A stretch of DNA of 64,000 nucleotides from IMG/VR virus record IMGVR_UViG_3300020172_000530, positions 12,690 through 76,689 of that record; one strand, given 5' to 3'. This DNA is from a virus. Within the stretch, counting starts at the first letter, position 1, and the number at the start of each line of letters is the position of its first letter. Of the stretch, positions 21,908 to 31,909 are shown piece by piece. Both the position numbers and the translations under genes were made by a program. The notes beneath the pieces are model-generated. The model did no database searches, had not been told where the DNA came from, and worked only from the letters and a program-made list of their open reading frames with translations.

Positions 21908-24039
21908 TGGCATATCAAATTGATCATACAGATAAACCTAACAACGGTAGTATAACAGTAGAAGATCAAACGGTAAATGTTGAAAAAAGTATTGGATTTG
22001 TAGGAAAAAACTATACAGGTTACAGCAAAGTTATTGCTGAAGATTTCTTACACATACTAGAGAATTTCGCCAGTGCTACAGCGCCTAGCAATCCAGTTCA
22101 AGGACAGCTATGGTATGATTCCGAAGCTGATGTTATAGAAGAAAATAGACAACCGCAATTAAAAATTTATGATGGCACCAGTTGGGTACCAGCCGGGAAT
22201 GTTGTAAAAGCATCCAGTCCTCCTATCAGCGCAGTTAAAGGAGATTTATGGACAGATACTACTAATCAACAATTATATTTGTATTCGGGATCTAACTGGG
22301 TACTAGTTGGTCCACAATTTAGTGAAGGTACACTAACTGGCCCTACAATTGAAACTATTGTTGATACAGGCAATGCTACACATTTATTGATAAATTTTTA
22401 TGTTAGCAATCGAGTTATAGTAATATTCAGCAAGGATGAGTTTACTCCTAAGGCTGCTATTCCTGGATTTAGCATTGTTAAAAAAGGTATCAACATAAGT
22501 TCCATCGACGATGGCGGAAATATAACAACACTGAACAAATTATGGGGCACAGCAGAAAAAGCAGATGCTCTTGTTGTATCAGGAGAAACGATATCCTCTA
22601 GTAATTTTTTAAGATCCGATAAACCAAGCACATCTAATAATAGTCTGAGTATTCGAACAGATTTAGGACTAACGATAGGATCTGACTTAGCCACTAGTTT
22701 AACAATTGACAGTGCTGGTGCTACTGTTCTTTATAATAAAACTGAAGGCTCAAGCATCTTTATCCGAACTAATCAAGCAGGTACTGCTAAGGACGTATTA
22801 AGTATTACTGGAACTAACATTGGTATTAATAAAACTAATCCTACTGCTACATTAGATGTTTCAGGAAACATTCAGACTAATGACCAGATAATAGTAACAG
22901 GAACAACTAATGCTGTTGATTTGACAACAGGCAGTATTAAAACCGCCGGCGGCCTTAGTGTAGCAAAAAGTCTATACGTAGGATCTGGCGCTACAATTAC
23001 AGGTCAGACTAATACTAACAGCATAGTACCAATCGCAACCAATACATATAATTTAGGATCTACCGCTAGTAGATACAAGACTGTATATGGTAAAGAAATA
23101 TTTGCGGATACTTTTTTTGGTAGTTTTTCAGGGCAATTAGCAGGTAGCGTTTCAGGAACCTCTAGTAAATTAGCCAGTGCTACGAAATTTAAACTACAAG
23201 GTGACGTTAGTAGTAATGAAATTAATTTTAACGGTCAACAAACTAACGGCGAAGCATTCTTCAGCACTACTATAACGTCTGATCTTATTAATGCTAAAGC
23301 TGCTGTAGAAACTGCGACATCGAATACTCAGTTATTAATTAATATTCCTAGTGTTGGTTTAAGAAAAATAACTAAAACAAACTTTTTATCTAATGCTGGT
23401 GTTATGCCTGCTGGAGTCATTTTACCTTTCGCAGGTTCAACGCCACCGAACGGATTTTTATTATGTGATGGTAGTGAACAGTTAATTAGTGCTTACCCTG
23501 CGTTATTTTCAGTTATTGGAACAACTTATAACGGCTCTGCTCCTTTACAAGGCGCCTCTACATTTAGAGTACCTGATTTAAGAGGTCGATTCGCTCTTGG
23601 TGCTGATAATATGGATAACGGAACATTAGTTCCTACTTCATTAGGCACCTTTGTTAGTACAACATTAGATAAAAACGGTAATCCTGGTAGCACAGCTAAT
23701 AGAGTAACTGACGTTACAGCAGATAATATTGGATCAGGCAACGGTAACGAAGAAACTACACTTACAGTATCTCAACTACCAGATCACAAACATGATTTAA
23801 GAGGTACAACTTCAACAGGCGACAAAGGTAATCAGTATTATGCTATTAGAAATACTCCTGACTCGATTACAGATATTGATGCAGTTCCGCATACAACTAA
23901 TGGTCCTGATAGTTTAGCGAATGGCCAATATTTAACCAACAGTGGAGGAATCGCTAGTCCTACTATAGGACAACCTGTAAACAAGATGAATCCATACTTG
24001 ACTATCAATCACATTATTTTTACCGGCACTTACATTTAA
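21907..24039 (+). CDS. Tail fibre protein with C-terminal collar domain
   Basis: Shared N-terminal anchor (GKNYxGY...E.F..LENF...P.NP..GQLWYD) and collar motif PAGVILPFAGSTPPNGFLLCDG...YPALFSVIGTTY...FRVPDLRGRF. Confidence 0.8.
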   Translation: MAYQIDHTDKPNNGSITVEDQTVNVEKSIGFVGKNYTGYSKVIAEDFLHILENFASATAPSNPVQGQLWYDSEADVIEENRQPQLKIYDGTSWVPAGNVVKASSPPISAVKGDLWTDTTNQQLYLYSGSNWVLVGPQFSEGTLTGPTIETIVDTGNATHLLINFYVSNRVIVIFSKDEFTPKAAIPGFSIVKKGINISSIDDGGNITTLNKLWGTAEKADALVVSGETISSSNFLRSDKPSTSNNSLSIRTDLGLTIGSDLATSLTIDSAGATVLYNKTEGSSIFIRTNQAGTAKDVLSITGTNIGINKTNPTATLDVSGNIQTNDQIIVTGTTNAVDLTTGSIKTAGGLSVAKSLYVGSGATITGQTNTNSIVPIATNTYNLGSTASRYKTVYGKEIFADTFFGSFSGQLAGSVSGTSSKLASATKFKLQGDVSSNEINFNGQQTNGEAFFSTTITSDLINAKAAVETATSNTQLLINIPSVGLRKITKTNFLSNAGVMPAGVILPFAGSTPPNGFLLCDGSEQLISAYPALFSVIGTTYNGSAPLQGASTFRVPDLRGRFALGADNMDNGTLVPTSLGTFVSTTLDKNGNPGSTANRVTDVTADNIGSGNGNEETTLTVSQLPDHKHDLRGTTSTGDKGNQYYAIRNTPDSITDIDAVPHTTNGPDSLANGQYLTNSGGIASPTIGQPVNKMNPYLTINHIIFTGTYI

Positions 24040-24049
24040 GGATTACTCA

Positions 24050-25912
24050 ATGGCTTATCAAATTAATAAAACAGACGGTACATTGTTAACGGAGATAGTA
24101 GATAGTGCTATTGATCAAACCGCTACAGATTTAACTCTGATTGGAAAAAACGTTTCTGGTTACGGTGAGTATATTAATGAGAATTTTATTAAACTTCTGG
24201 AAAATTTCTCGTCCGAAAGTCCTCCTTCTAATCCGTTAAAAGGACAATTGTGGTATGATACTACAGAGAACAGATTAAAAGCGTATGATGGCGGTGGGTT
24301 CAGATTAGGCAGTGGTCCAATTGTATCAGGAGAAGCTCCTCTTAATCTAGTCCAAGGGGATTTATGGATAGATAGTGCGGAGAATCAGTTATATTTTTAT
24401 GATGGGACAGACTTACAATTAGCTGGTCCGATATATAAAGACAGTCAAGGAATTTCTGGTGAAACAGTAGAGACGATATTTGATACAAATAATATTTCAC
24501 GGACTATTGTAAAACAATGGGTAGGATCTACTTTATTAGGTATATGGAGTAAGGAAGTCCTACAATTTTTTCCTAAAAATTCAATTCCTGGGTTTAGTGG
24601 TGCTATCGGGCCTGGATTTAATGCCAGTACGTTAAACGGATTAAAATTTAATGTAACTGCTACACGAGCAAACAATTTAATTGATGATGTTGGTAATGTT
24701 ATTAGTCCGAATTTTTTCATGAGGACTAACCAGTCTACTGGTACAACCGGAACAGTACAGATTACTAATACGTTGCCTTTAATTTTAGGACCCTTTAGTA
24801 ATAATGAAATACTGGTAGATCAAAATAATTTCCAGATAAAATCAAACATTACTAATCAGAACTTTAGAATTTCTGTTAAAAATAGTATCACTACCGCCGA
24901 TGCGATTACTATAAATGCTGCTTCCAACAATATTGGAATATATCAATCTACTCCTGCTTATACATTAGATGTTGGAGGCAGTGTAAGAATTACTGGAAAT
25001 CTGTTAGTTGAAGGAGCCACTACTTCTATAGATAGTGTGAACCTTACTATACAAGACCATATAATAGAGTTGGCAGCAGCTACTGACAGTACTTCTTCTG
25101 ACAGCTATGCTGATCAAGGCGGTATCGTACTTAAAGGCACCACAGATCACAGTATTATATGGAATAAAGCACCAGCTAGTGCCTGGAGAAGTAGTGAAAA
25201 TTGGGATCTAGACTCTGGTAGGGAGTATCGAATAAATGGTGTAAAAGTAATCGATGGTACCTCTTTAGGATCGTCAATTACTTCTGCCCCCGGTATTACT
25301 TCCTTGAGTGGGTTAACAACACTCACAGTTGACGACATTACTCTAAATGGAAATACTATAAGCACACTGCCTAGTTCAGTTCAAGATTTAGTGTTAAGTC
25401 CAGACGGTTCAGCTAATGTAAGTGTAGCAAACTCTAGAATTGTCAATGTAAGCGCACCTACAGATCCTACAGATGCTGTTAATTTAGTTACACTAGAATC
25501 TGTAGTCAGTACAAAGCCTCTTGCTTTAAGCATGGACTGCACTGGGTTATCTGATCCTGGCATCGCTTTGGTGTTAGATGAAATAGCACCATATCCTGAT
25601 TTTGGAGAAGGCACTATAGCCAGAGTTCATTGTACATATCAAGTAATTACATATCCTTCGGCATCATTCTCATCTACTACTGGGCCATTAAATACATCCG
25701 GAGATTTTGTAAAATATTATATCTCGGTAGATAATAGTGCTAATATTGGAGCGAAACCAAATGAGCCAGTGTTACAAGATTTTGACATAGCAAATAGTAT
25801 AGATTTAGGTAGTGCAACAGTTCAAGTAACAAGAATAACTAAAGAATTTCAGATATCAAGCGGAGTATGGGTGTGGACTGCTGATTTAAGCGGCCCAGTA
25901 ACAACACCATAA
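24050..25912 (+). CDS. Tail fibre/spike paralogue
   Basis: Same N-terminal anchor as its neighbours, plus beta-rich Ser/Thr repeats (IGI....P...LDV.G). Confidence 0.7.
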   Translation: MAYQINKTDGTLLTEIVDSAIDQTATDLTLIGKNVSGYGEYINENFIKLLENFSSESPPSNPLKGQLWYDTTENRLKAYDGGGFRLGSGPIVSGEAPLNLVQGDLWIDSAENQLYFYDGTDLQLAGPIYKDSQGISGETVETIFDTNNISRTIVKQWVGSTLLGIWSKEVLQFFPKNSIPGFSGAIGPGFNASTLNGLKFNVTATRANNLIDDVGNVISPNFFMRTNQSTGTTGTVQITNTLPLILGPFSNNEILVDQNNFQIKSNITNQNFRISVKNSITTADAITINAASNNIGIYQSTPAYTLDVGGSVRITGNLLVEGATTSIDSVNLTIQDHIIELAAATDSTSSDSYADQGGIVLKGTTDHSIIWNKAPASAWRSSENWDLDSGREYRINGVKVIDGTSLGSSITSAPGITSLSGLTTLTVDDITLNGNTISTLPSSVQDLVLSPDGSANVSVANSRIVNVSAPTDPTDAVNLVTLESVVSTKPLALSMDCTGLSDPGIALVLDEIAPYPDFGEGTIARVHCTYQVITYPSASFSSTTGPLNTSGDFVKYYISVDNSANIGAKPNEPVLQDFDIANSIDLGSATVQVTRITKEFQISSGVWVWTADLSGPVTTP

Positions 25913-25945
25913 ACAAATAAATATATAGAGTTAAGGGGTAATTAG

Positions 25946-27430
25946 ATGCCATATAGCATTGACAGATTTAATGGTACAACATTGACAGTAATAGAAGATG
26001 GTACCATTGATACTACATTAGATATTAAATTAATTGGCAAAAATTATGCCGGTTACGGAGAAGTGCAGAATGAAAACTTTTTGCACATGTTGGAAAGTTT
26101 TTCAGGAACAAGTCCACCGCCTAGACCAATAAGTGGTCAAATATGGTTTGATAGTGGTACTAAAAAGTTGAAATTTTACGATGCTGTACGCTGGCGAACA
26201 ACAGGCGGAGCAGAAGTATCAACGTTTGCTCCTTCCGGATTAACAACAGGCGACTTCTGGTGGGATTCTGCCAATGATCAATTATACGCTAACAAGAATG
26301 GAACTGAATTTATTTTAATTGGCCCACAAGGCGTAGCAGGTTTTGCATTCACTGGAATGAAGTCTAGGGGTCTTAAAGATCTTGGCAATGTTAGTCACGG
26401 TGTGATTGAAGGTATAGCAGACGGTGATGTAGTATGTATTATAAATTCTGACCCAGAATTTACCCTTGATCCTGCTTTTGATTCACATCAGGTTGAATTA
26501 ACCGCTCTAGGTTTTGGAAAAATTAAAACTGGTATCACTATGGCTAATACTGGTGATTCAGGTATCACTTCATCTGCTCACAGATTCTGGGGTACAGCTA
26601 GTAATGCCTTAAAATTAAATGGCGAATCGGCTGCAAATTATGTAAAGGCAGACACTGCTCAATTTACAGCAGTAGCAAAATTTGCGGATCCTGGATTAAA
26701 TGTAGGAGCGAGTGACGACCTAAGTATTTTAATCGACGTGGACGGTGTTACACCAATTATTAAAAATAATTTATCTAATACAATTAAATTTCAAACTCAA
26801 AGTGCTGGTATCAAAACTCCATTGACTTTAGTTGGTAATGATATATTGCCCGGAGCCAATGTTGTATCGAATATTGGTAGTGACATATTAAAATATAATA
26901 CAGTATTTGCTTTGACTTTTAACGGTACTGCTACACAATCTAGTACTTTAGATGTCGGTGGAACTTTTAGAGCAGCATCAACAGCAGCTAGTCCTAACAC
27001 TATAGCTGCAAGAGATTCATCAGGTAATCTAACTGCTATATTATTTCAAGGAACAGCTACATCTGCTTATTTTGCTGACTTAGCAGAAAAATATCTAGCA
27101 GACACGCAATATGATGTAGGAACAGTAGTATGTATTGGCGGATCGCACGAAGTTACCGCAGCCACATACGGTAATAGAGCTATCGGTATTGTGTCAGGTA
27201 AGCCAGGATTTATAATGAATTCGCATCTTGAGGGCGGAACACTAGTGGCATTAAAAGGTCGTGTGCCTGTGAAAGTACAAGGCACAGTTAAGAAAGGCGA
27301 TAAATTAGTTCCAGCACAAAATATGTTTGGATCTGCATCAAGTGCTAATGACTCTGATACAGATTACTTTGCTATAGCTCTTCAAGATCATCAGTCTGGT
27401 GCGGGTGTTATTGAATGTTTAGTCCTGTAA
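25946..27430 (+). CDS. Tail fibre/spike with C-terminal intramolecular-chaperone-like domain
   Basis: Same anchor. C-terminus ADLAEKY...GTVVCIGG..EVT...AIGIVS.KPG..MN...VALKGRVPVKV.G.V.KGD.LV resembles peptidase G2/IMC autocleavage domains. Confidence 0.65.
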   Translation: MPYSIDRFNGTTLTVIEDGTIDTTLDIKLIGKNYAGYGEVQNENFLHMLESFSGTSPPPRPISGQIWFDSGTKKLKFYDAVRWRTTGGAEVSTFAPSGLTTGDFWWDSANDQLYANKNGTEFILIGPQGVAGFAFTGMKSRGLKDLGNVSHGVIEGIADGDVVCIINSDPEFTLDPAFDSHQVELTALGFGKIKTGITMANTGDSGITSSAHRFWGTASNALKLNGESAANYVKADTAQFTAVAKFADPGLNVGASDDLSILIDVDGVTPIIKNNLSNTIKFQTQSAGIKTPLTLVGNDILPGANVVSNIGSDILKYNTVFALTFNGTATQSSTLDVGGTFRAASTAASPNTIAARDSSGNLTAILFQGTATSAYFADLAEKYLADTQYDVGTVVCIGGSHEVTAATYGNRAIGIVSGKPGFIMNSHLEGGTLVALKGRVPVKVQGTVKKGDKLVPAQNMFGSASSANDSDTDYFAIALQDHQSGAGVIECLVL

Positions 27431-27440
27431 CGGAAATACT

Positions 27441-28358
27441 ATGTCAACCAATATAACCGCATCCACGTACAACAATCTAAGAGACAGACTTAACCTAGTT
27501 TTGGGTGTAGGTTCTACTGGTTATGGACAGAATTTAGCAAGTACAGTAGTACAATCTGGTCAAACTTTTACAAATGCTATGTGGAACAACTTACGGTCAG
27601 ACATGCTGAAAGCTAGACAGCATCAAACTGGTGTTGACGAAAGCAGCAATCTTACTACAGTAACTACTTCAACACAGATTACTTCGTCTCTTATTGCTCA
27701 ATATGATAATTTTGTAACTTTAATAACAACCAATCAGCGTGTTTGCGCATCTAATCAAGCAACAGTCGAAACAATGTCTGCGGCGGTAAGATCCTTAGCA
27801 TGGAATGGAGTAATAGCACATAGTTTAACATTAAGTTTTACAGACACACTAAGGGCTAGATATTTTTTTAATGCTGGAGGCCAAATAAGATTTACTGCGT
27901 CTAGAACTGGAGCAGCAGCAACTACTAAAGATACCGATTGGACTAATGTATTAAGTAGTATGGGTACTATCAGAATGGATCATAATTCAACAGCATTCTT
28001 AGCTGGAGGAAGTGGTTCAGGTAGTGCTAGGGGATTTTATAATTTAACTGTTGCTTCGCAACAGATATATAGCAAAGGCTCAAGCGTTTATGCGTATACT
28101 GAAAATGATTACAATATCGCAGCAGGTGTGAATAATTCTACAACTCCTTCTAATATTATTTTAAGAATTGAATTTAGAGATGACGACACAGGCAATCAAC
28201 CTCAGCCTCCTCCAGGACCTCCTCCGTTCGGCCCAAAAGTTGACGAAACAGTTACAGGAACATTCACTAGTACAGTGTTTATTTTTAGACCTTCTGGATC
28301 AAACGTGTCTGTAGTAGCTCCGACAGTTCAGGGTGTTGGTACAAATACTATAGTTTAA
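27441..28358 (+). CDS. Ser/Thr-rich virion protein, paralogue 1, with Pro-rich loop
   Basis: Shares ARYFFNxGGxIR, AATxKDTxW and FRPSGxNVSV with the next gene. Loop QPQPPPGPPPFGP. Confidence 0.6.
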   Translation: MSTNITASTYNNLRDRLNLVLGVGSTGYGQNLASTVVQSGQTFTNAMWNNLRSDMLKARQHQTGVDESSNLTTVTTSTQITSSLIAQYDNFVTLITTNQRVCASNQATVETMSAAVRSLAWNGVIAHSLTLSFTDTLRARYFFNAGGQIRFTASRTGAAATTKDTDWTNVLSSMGTIRMDHNSTAFLAGGSGSGSARGFYNLTVASQQIYSKGSSVYAYTENDYNIAAGVNNSTTPSNIILRIEFRDDDTGNQPQPPPGPPPFGPKVDETVTGTFTSTVFIFRPSGSNVSVVAPTVQGVGTNTIV

Positions 28359-28367
28359 GGATATGCT

Positions 28368-29345
28368 ATGACAATAGCTGTTGGCAGCAAAATCCAGGCA
28401 AGTGATTACAATCTCATTTATGATAAAATTAATGCGGTAATGGGAACTAATTCTGATGGCTATGGACAAGCTCTATCTAGCTCAACACAAGCGACCAACG
28501 GTGATATCTCAGTAGCCATATGGAATAGTTTAAGAAATGATTTAATAAAAGCAAGATATCATCAAACAGGAGTAGATCCATCTGGTAGTCTTAATATTAT
28601 TTCATCAGCAGATAAAATTACTTATACAGTGTGGAATCAAGCAAATGTATTTGCTGATACAGTAACAACAAACAAACGAGTTGTAGCAGCCAATCAAGGA
28701 AGTTCAGAATCTTTAACATCAGTAACTAGAAGTACTGCCTGGTCAGTAAGTTTAACTCATACAGTTACTATTGAGTTTACAACAAATACCAACGCAAGAT
28801 ATTTCTTTAATTCGGGTGGTGATATCAGAATACGAGCTTATCGATCTGGCACAGCCGCTACTTCTAAAGATACTGAATGGAGTACCATGTTAGGTAATAA
28901 TTCTACCTTAAACGGGCAAGGCACTATATATATGAATTATACATTAACAGATACTGTAGCAGGGAGTTATGATACATCACCATCTGATCAAAGAGGAACT
29001 GGTAGTGCTATTGGATTTTATGATTTAACTACAACAAATCAGCAAATTTATATAAAAAATGCGCCTTCTGGCGCATACTCAGAAAATTATTATCAAATAC
29101 AAGCTAGGGTAAATGTATCACCAAATCCAACTCAAGTTATAATTACAGTTAATTTTGTTGACGCAGATACCGGCGGCCCGGCACTTCCACCTGGTCCTGG
29201 ATCAAGCCCAGGACAACCACCGGGGCCTGTAGTAGACGAAACAGTTACCGGAGATACAGGTAGTGTGATAACCATGTTTAGACCCTCTGGTGCTAATGTA
29301 TCAGTTACAGGCCCGACCGCTTCTGGTTCTCTGACAGGCTCATAA
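28368..29345 (+). CDS. Ser/Thr-rich virion protein, paralogue 2, with Pro-rich loop
   Basis: Tandem paralogue of the previous gene. Loop GGPALPPGPGSSPGQPPGP. Confidence 0.6.
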   Translation: MTIAVGSKIQASDYNLIYDKINAVMGTNSDGYGQALSSSTQATNGDISVAIWNSLRNDLIKARYHQTGVDPSGSLNIISSADKITYTVWNQANVFADTVTTNKRVVAANQGSSESLTSVTRSTAWSVSLTHTVTIEFTTNTNARYFFNSGGDIRIRAYRSGTAATSKDTEWSTMLGNNSTLNGQGTIYMNYTLTDTVAGSYDTSPSDQRGTGSAIGFYDLTTTNQQIYIKNAPSGAYSENYYQIQARVNVSPNPTQVIITVNFVDADTGGPALPPGPGSSPGQPPGPVVDETVTGDTGSVITMFRPSGANVSVTGPTASGSLTGS

Positions 29346-29369
29346 TCTAGCTCACTGTCCAAAAAAAAG

Positions 29370-29398
29370 CATAATTATAGTATACTATTGTAATTATG
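29370..29398 (+). promoter_or_regulatory. Imperfect palindrome and putative late-type promoter (ATAATTA) upstream of the modification operon
   Basis: CATAATTA-TAGTATACTA-TTG-TAATTATG, followed by a GGAG RBS and GTG at 29407. Confidence 0.45.
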
Positions 29399-29406
29399 GA
29401 GTTTTT

Positions 29407-29757
29407 GTGGATCAAAATATTGAAAAAGCATTTGAAGTAAGTAATCTAATGGTCACAGTGGCCAATCAAAAACGTGCTCTAAAAGAAGAATACGAGCAAT
29501 CTCTTCTCTACTTTGAATATGGTGGTATTTTCAAGGCAGATAACAACACTATAACTTATATAAAAACTATAAAAGATTTGACTAAGGAAAAAAGGATAGT
29601 AATAGTTGATACTAATCTGACGCCAGTGCTTGTATTAGATATTGACAAATTTTTAGAATCCTTGCTAGACAGACATTTCCAAGCAAACAATTCTTATTTT
29701 GCCAAGTTTGATCTACTTAAGAAAAGTAGAAATATTAAAAATATACTAGATCTATGA
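29407..29757 (+). CDS. Hypothetical protein
   Basis: 116-aa ORF with GGAG RBS and ATGA overlap with the next gene. Confidence 0.6.
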   Translation: MDQNIEKAFEVSNLMVTVANQKRALKEEYEQSLLYFEYGGIFKADNNTITYIKTIKDLTKEKRIVIVDTNLTPVLVLDIDKFLESLLDRHFQANNSYFAKFDLLKKSRNIKNILDL

Positions 29758-30590
29758 GCAAGGGAATATTATTATTTGCTTTGAATTCAGAAATGAATTA
29801 TGTTAAGTTAGCGGTAAGACTAACCGAACGTATTAAGTATTATCTTGATTTACCTGTGACTATCGTAACTAATAGTGATGAATATCTACTCAAGAATTTT
29901 ACTTCAAGTTCTGAATTATTTGATCGTGTTATTAAGAAAGACGATGATACTACTCAAACGAAGAAATTTAGCGACGGTTATGGAGTTTCAGAAAGGTATG
30001 TATGGAAAAACTCTAATAGAGCAAGTGCTTTTGACATAAGCCCGTATGATCAGACGTTAGTGATGGATGTTGATTATGTAATTAATTCTAATTTTTTACT
30101 TAATGTGTTCGATCAAAATAAAGATTTTTTATGTTTTAAAGATTCTTATGATTTGGCAGGATGGAGAAATACAGCAGAGTTTGAATATATTAATCAGTAT
30201 TCCATACCTTTTTATTGGGCAACTGTGTTCTATTTTACAAAGACTAAACTAAACGAGTTGTTTTTTAGATTGGTAGAGTATATTAGAGATAATTGGGAGT
30301 ATTACAGATTACTTTATCAAATTAATGACAAGAAATACAGAAATGATTATGCCTTCAGTATAGCAATTCATATTTTAAATGGAACCGACTGTAATCTATT
30401 TTCTGATACGATTCCTGGAAAGATGTATTATACATTAGATAAAGATATTCTTGTGAAAATAAAGAATAACTCGATGTCTTTTTTAGTTGAAAAAGAAAGA
30501 ATGTTAGGAGAATTTACCGGAATCAAAATTAATGATTTAGATGTACATGTTATGAATAAGTTTAGTTTGTTAAGGGCATACGATGAGTAA
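29754..30590 (+). CDS. GT-A fold glycosyltransferase-like protein
   Basis: KGILLFA...Y...A and SPYDQTLVMDVDY (DxD motif). Confidence 0.6.
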   Translation: MSKGILLFALNSEMNYVKLAVRLTERIKYYLDLPVTIVTNSDEYLLKNFTSSSELFDRVIKKDDDTTQTKKFSDGYGVSERYVWKNSNRASAFDISPYDQTLVMDVDYVINSNFLLNVFDQNKDFLCFKDSYDLAGWRNTAEFEYINQYSIPFYWATVFYFTKTKLNELFFRLVEYIRDNWEYYRLLYQINDKKYRNDYAFSIAIHILNGTDCNLFSDTIPGKMYYTLDKDILVKIKNNSMSFLVEKERMLGEFTGIKINDLDVHVMNKFSLLRAYDE

Positions 30591-31416
30591 TAGAGGACAT
30601 TTATTTTTTGCTCAGAATTCTGGAGTAGATTATGTAACACAAGCATATATCGCTGCTTTAATGATTAAAAAATTTAACAAATATAATAAAACCTGTCTAG
30701 TTACTAATGATACAGTACCGATGAAATATTTGAAAGCATTTGATAAGATAGAAACTATTCCATGGTCAGATGATGCTGCTCAAAGTGACTGGAAAATAGA
30801 AAATCGTTGGAAACTAATACATGTCAGTCCTTTTGATGAAACATTAGTATACGATACTGACATGTTATTATTGTCTTCAAATGATCATTGGTGGGATTAT
30901 TTAAAGAGCCAAAGTGTTTCACTTACAAGCAAAGTTGTAAATTATAAAAATAATATTATTCAAGATACAGTTTACAGAAAAACTTTTATTGATAATACCT
31001 TACCTAATGTATATTTTGGTCTTCATTTCTTTAAGAAAAATAGAAGAGCTTATGAATTTTATAAATGGTTGGAAATTATTGTTAAAAATTGGAGATTGTT
31101 TTATAATGAACACACTCTGAATAATACACAAAAATTTTGTAGTATGGATGTCACGGCTGCTATAGCAACAAAAATAATGAATGCTGAAGAAGAATTTTCC
31201 ACAGCTAACCCGTTGACATTCGTACATATGAAATCAGCAATACAAGGATGGTACCCAGCTCCTGCTACATGGCAGTCTGCTGTAAGTGTACACTTAAATC
31301 ACAAATTAGAACTTAGAATTAATAATTTCCTTCAGCAAGGTGTATTTCATTATACAGAAGATAATTTTTTAACAGAAAACATTTTTAACACAGTAGAGGC
31401 AAGTTGTGGGATTTAA
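30583..31416 (+). CDS. GT-A fold glycosyltransferase-like protein (paralogue of previous)
   Basis: RGHLFFAQN...Y...A, SPFDETLVYDTDML (DxD) and FVHMK. Confidence 0.6.
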   Translation: MSNRGHLFFAQNSGVDYVTQAYIAALMIKKFNKYNKTCLVTNDTVPMKYLKAFDKIETIPWSDDAAQSDWKIENRWKLIHVSPFDETLVYDTDMLLLSSNDHWWDYLKSQSVSLTSKVVNYKNNIIQDTVYRKTFIDNTLPNVYFGLHFFKKNRRAYEFYKWLEIIVKNWRLFYNEHTLNNTQKFCSMDVTAAIATKIMNAEEEFSTANPLTFVHMKSAIQGWYPAPATWQSAVSVHLNHKLELRINNFLQQGVFHYTEDNFLTENIFNTVEASCGI

Positions 31417-31909
31417 ATTTTTTGTATATCATGATGAAGAAGGAAACATAACATCTATTACCAATGAAAAAAGATCTACTGGAGAGTATATTGAAGCAGA
31501 AGAGTCTGAGATATCAGATTTTCTAAATGGTGTAAAAGATTTTACCAAATTTAAAATTAATAGTTTATCATCTGGGTCAAAACAGATCAAATTAACACAC
31601 GATTCCTCTGCTCTTGTATACAAGGACTTTTATATTGTTAGTAATAGTATCGAAAATGAACAAGTTATTATTACTCATAATAACAAAACTAAATCCTGGA
31701 ATATAAAATTAAATGACGATGCACAACTGTTAAACTTTAGTTTTTACGTATGTAGAAAGGATAATTTAAATTTTTTAATTAGAGAAGTAACAGTGCCTCC
31801 TAAAAAAACTTTTTCGATACCGTTCTCTTATGTAGTCGAACAACAATCAGACGAACTAATTGTATTAGCAAAAAGAGTTCATGAATCTTATGGAATAAAT
31901 TATGTATAA
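31406..31909 (+). CDS. Hypothetical protein
   Basis: 167-aa ORF overlapping both neighbours in the operon. Confidence 0.55.
   Translation: MGFKFFVYHDEEGNITSITNEKRSTGEYIEAEESEISDFLNGVKDFTKFKINSLSSGSKQIKLTHDSSALVYKDFYIVSNSIENEQVIITHNNKTKSWNIKLNDDAQLLNFSFYVCRKDNLNFLIREVTVPPKKTFSIPFSYVVEQQSDELIVLAKRVHESYGINYV

Noticed and set aside
29361-29368. A8 homopolymer as a phase-variation switch
   Set aside because: Short, intergenic and unremarkable in AT-rich DNA; no evidence of length variation from a single sequence.
1101-31623. Many short minus-strand ORFs (60-145 aa) opposite the structural and GT genes, and similar shadow ORFs elsewhere
   Set aside because: They lie antisense or out of frame within long motif-bearing genes, lack RBS and motifs, and are expected shadows of codon bias.
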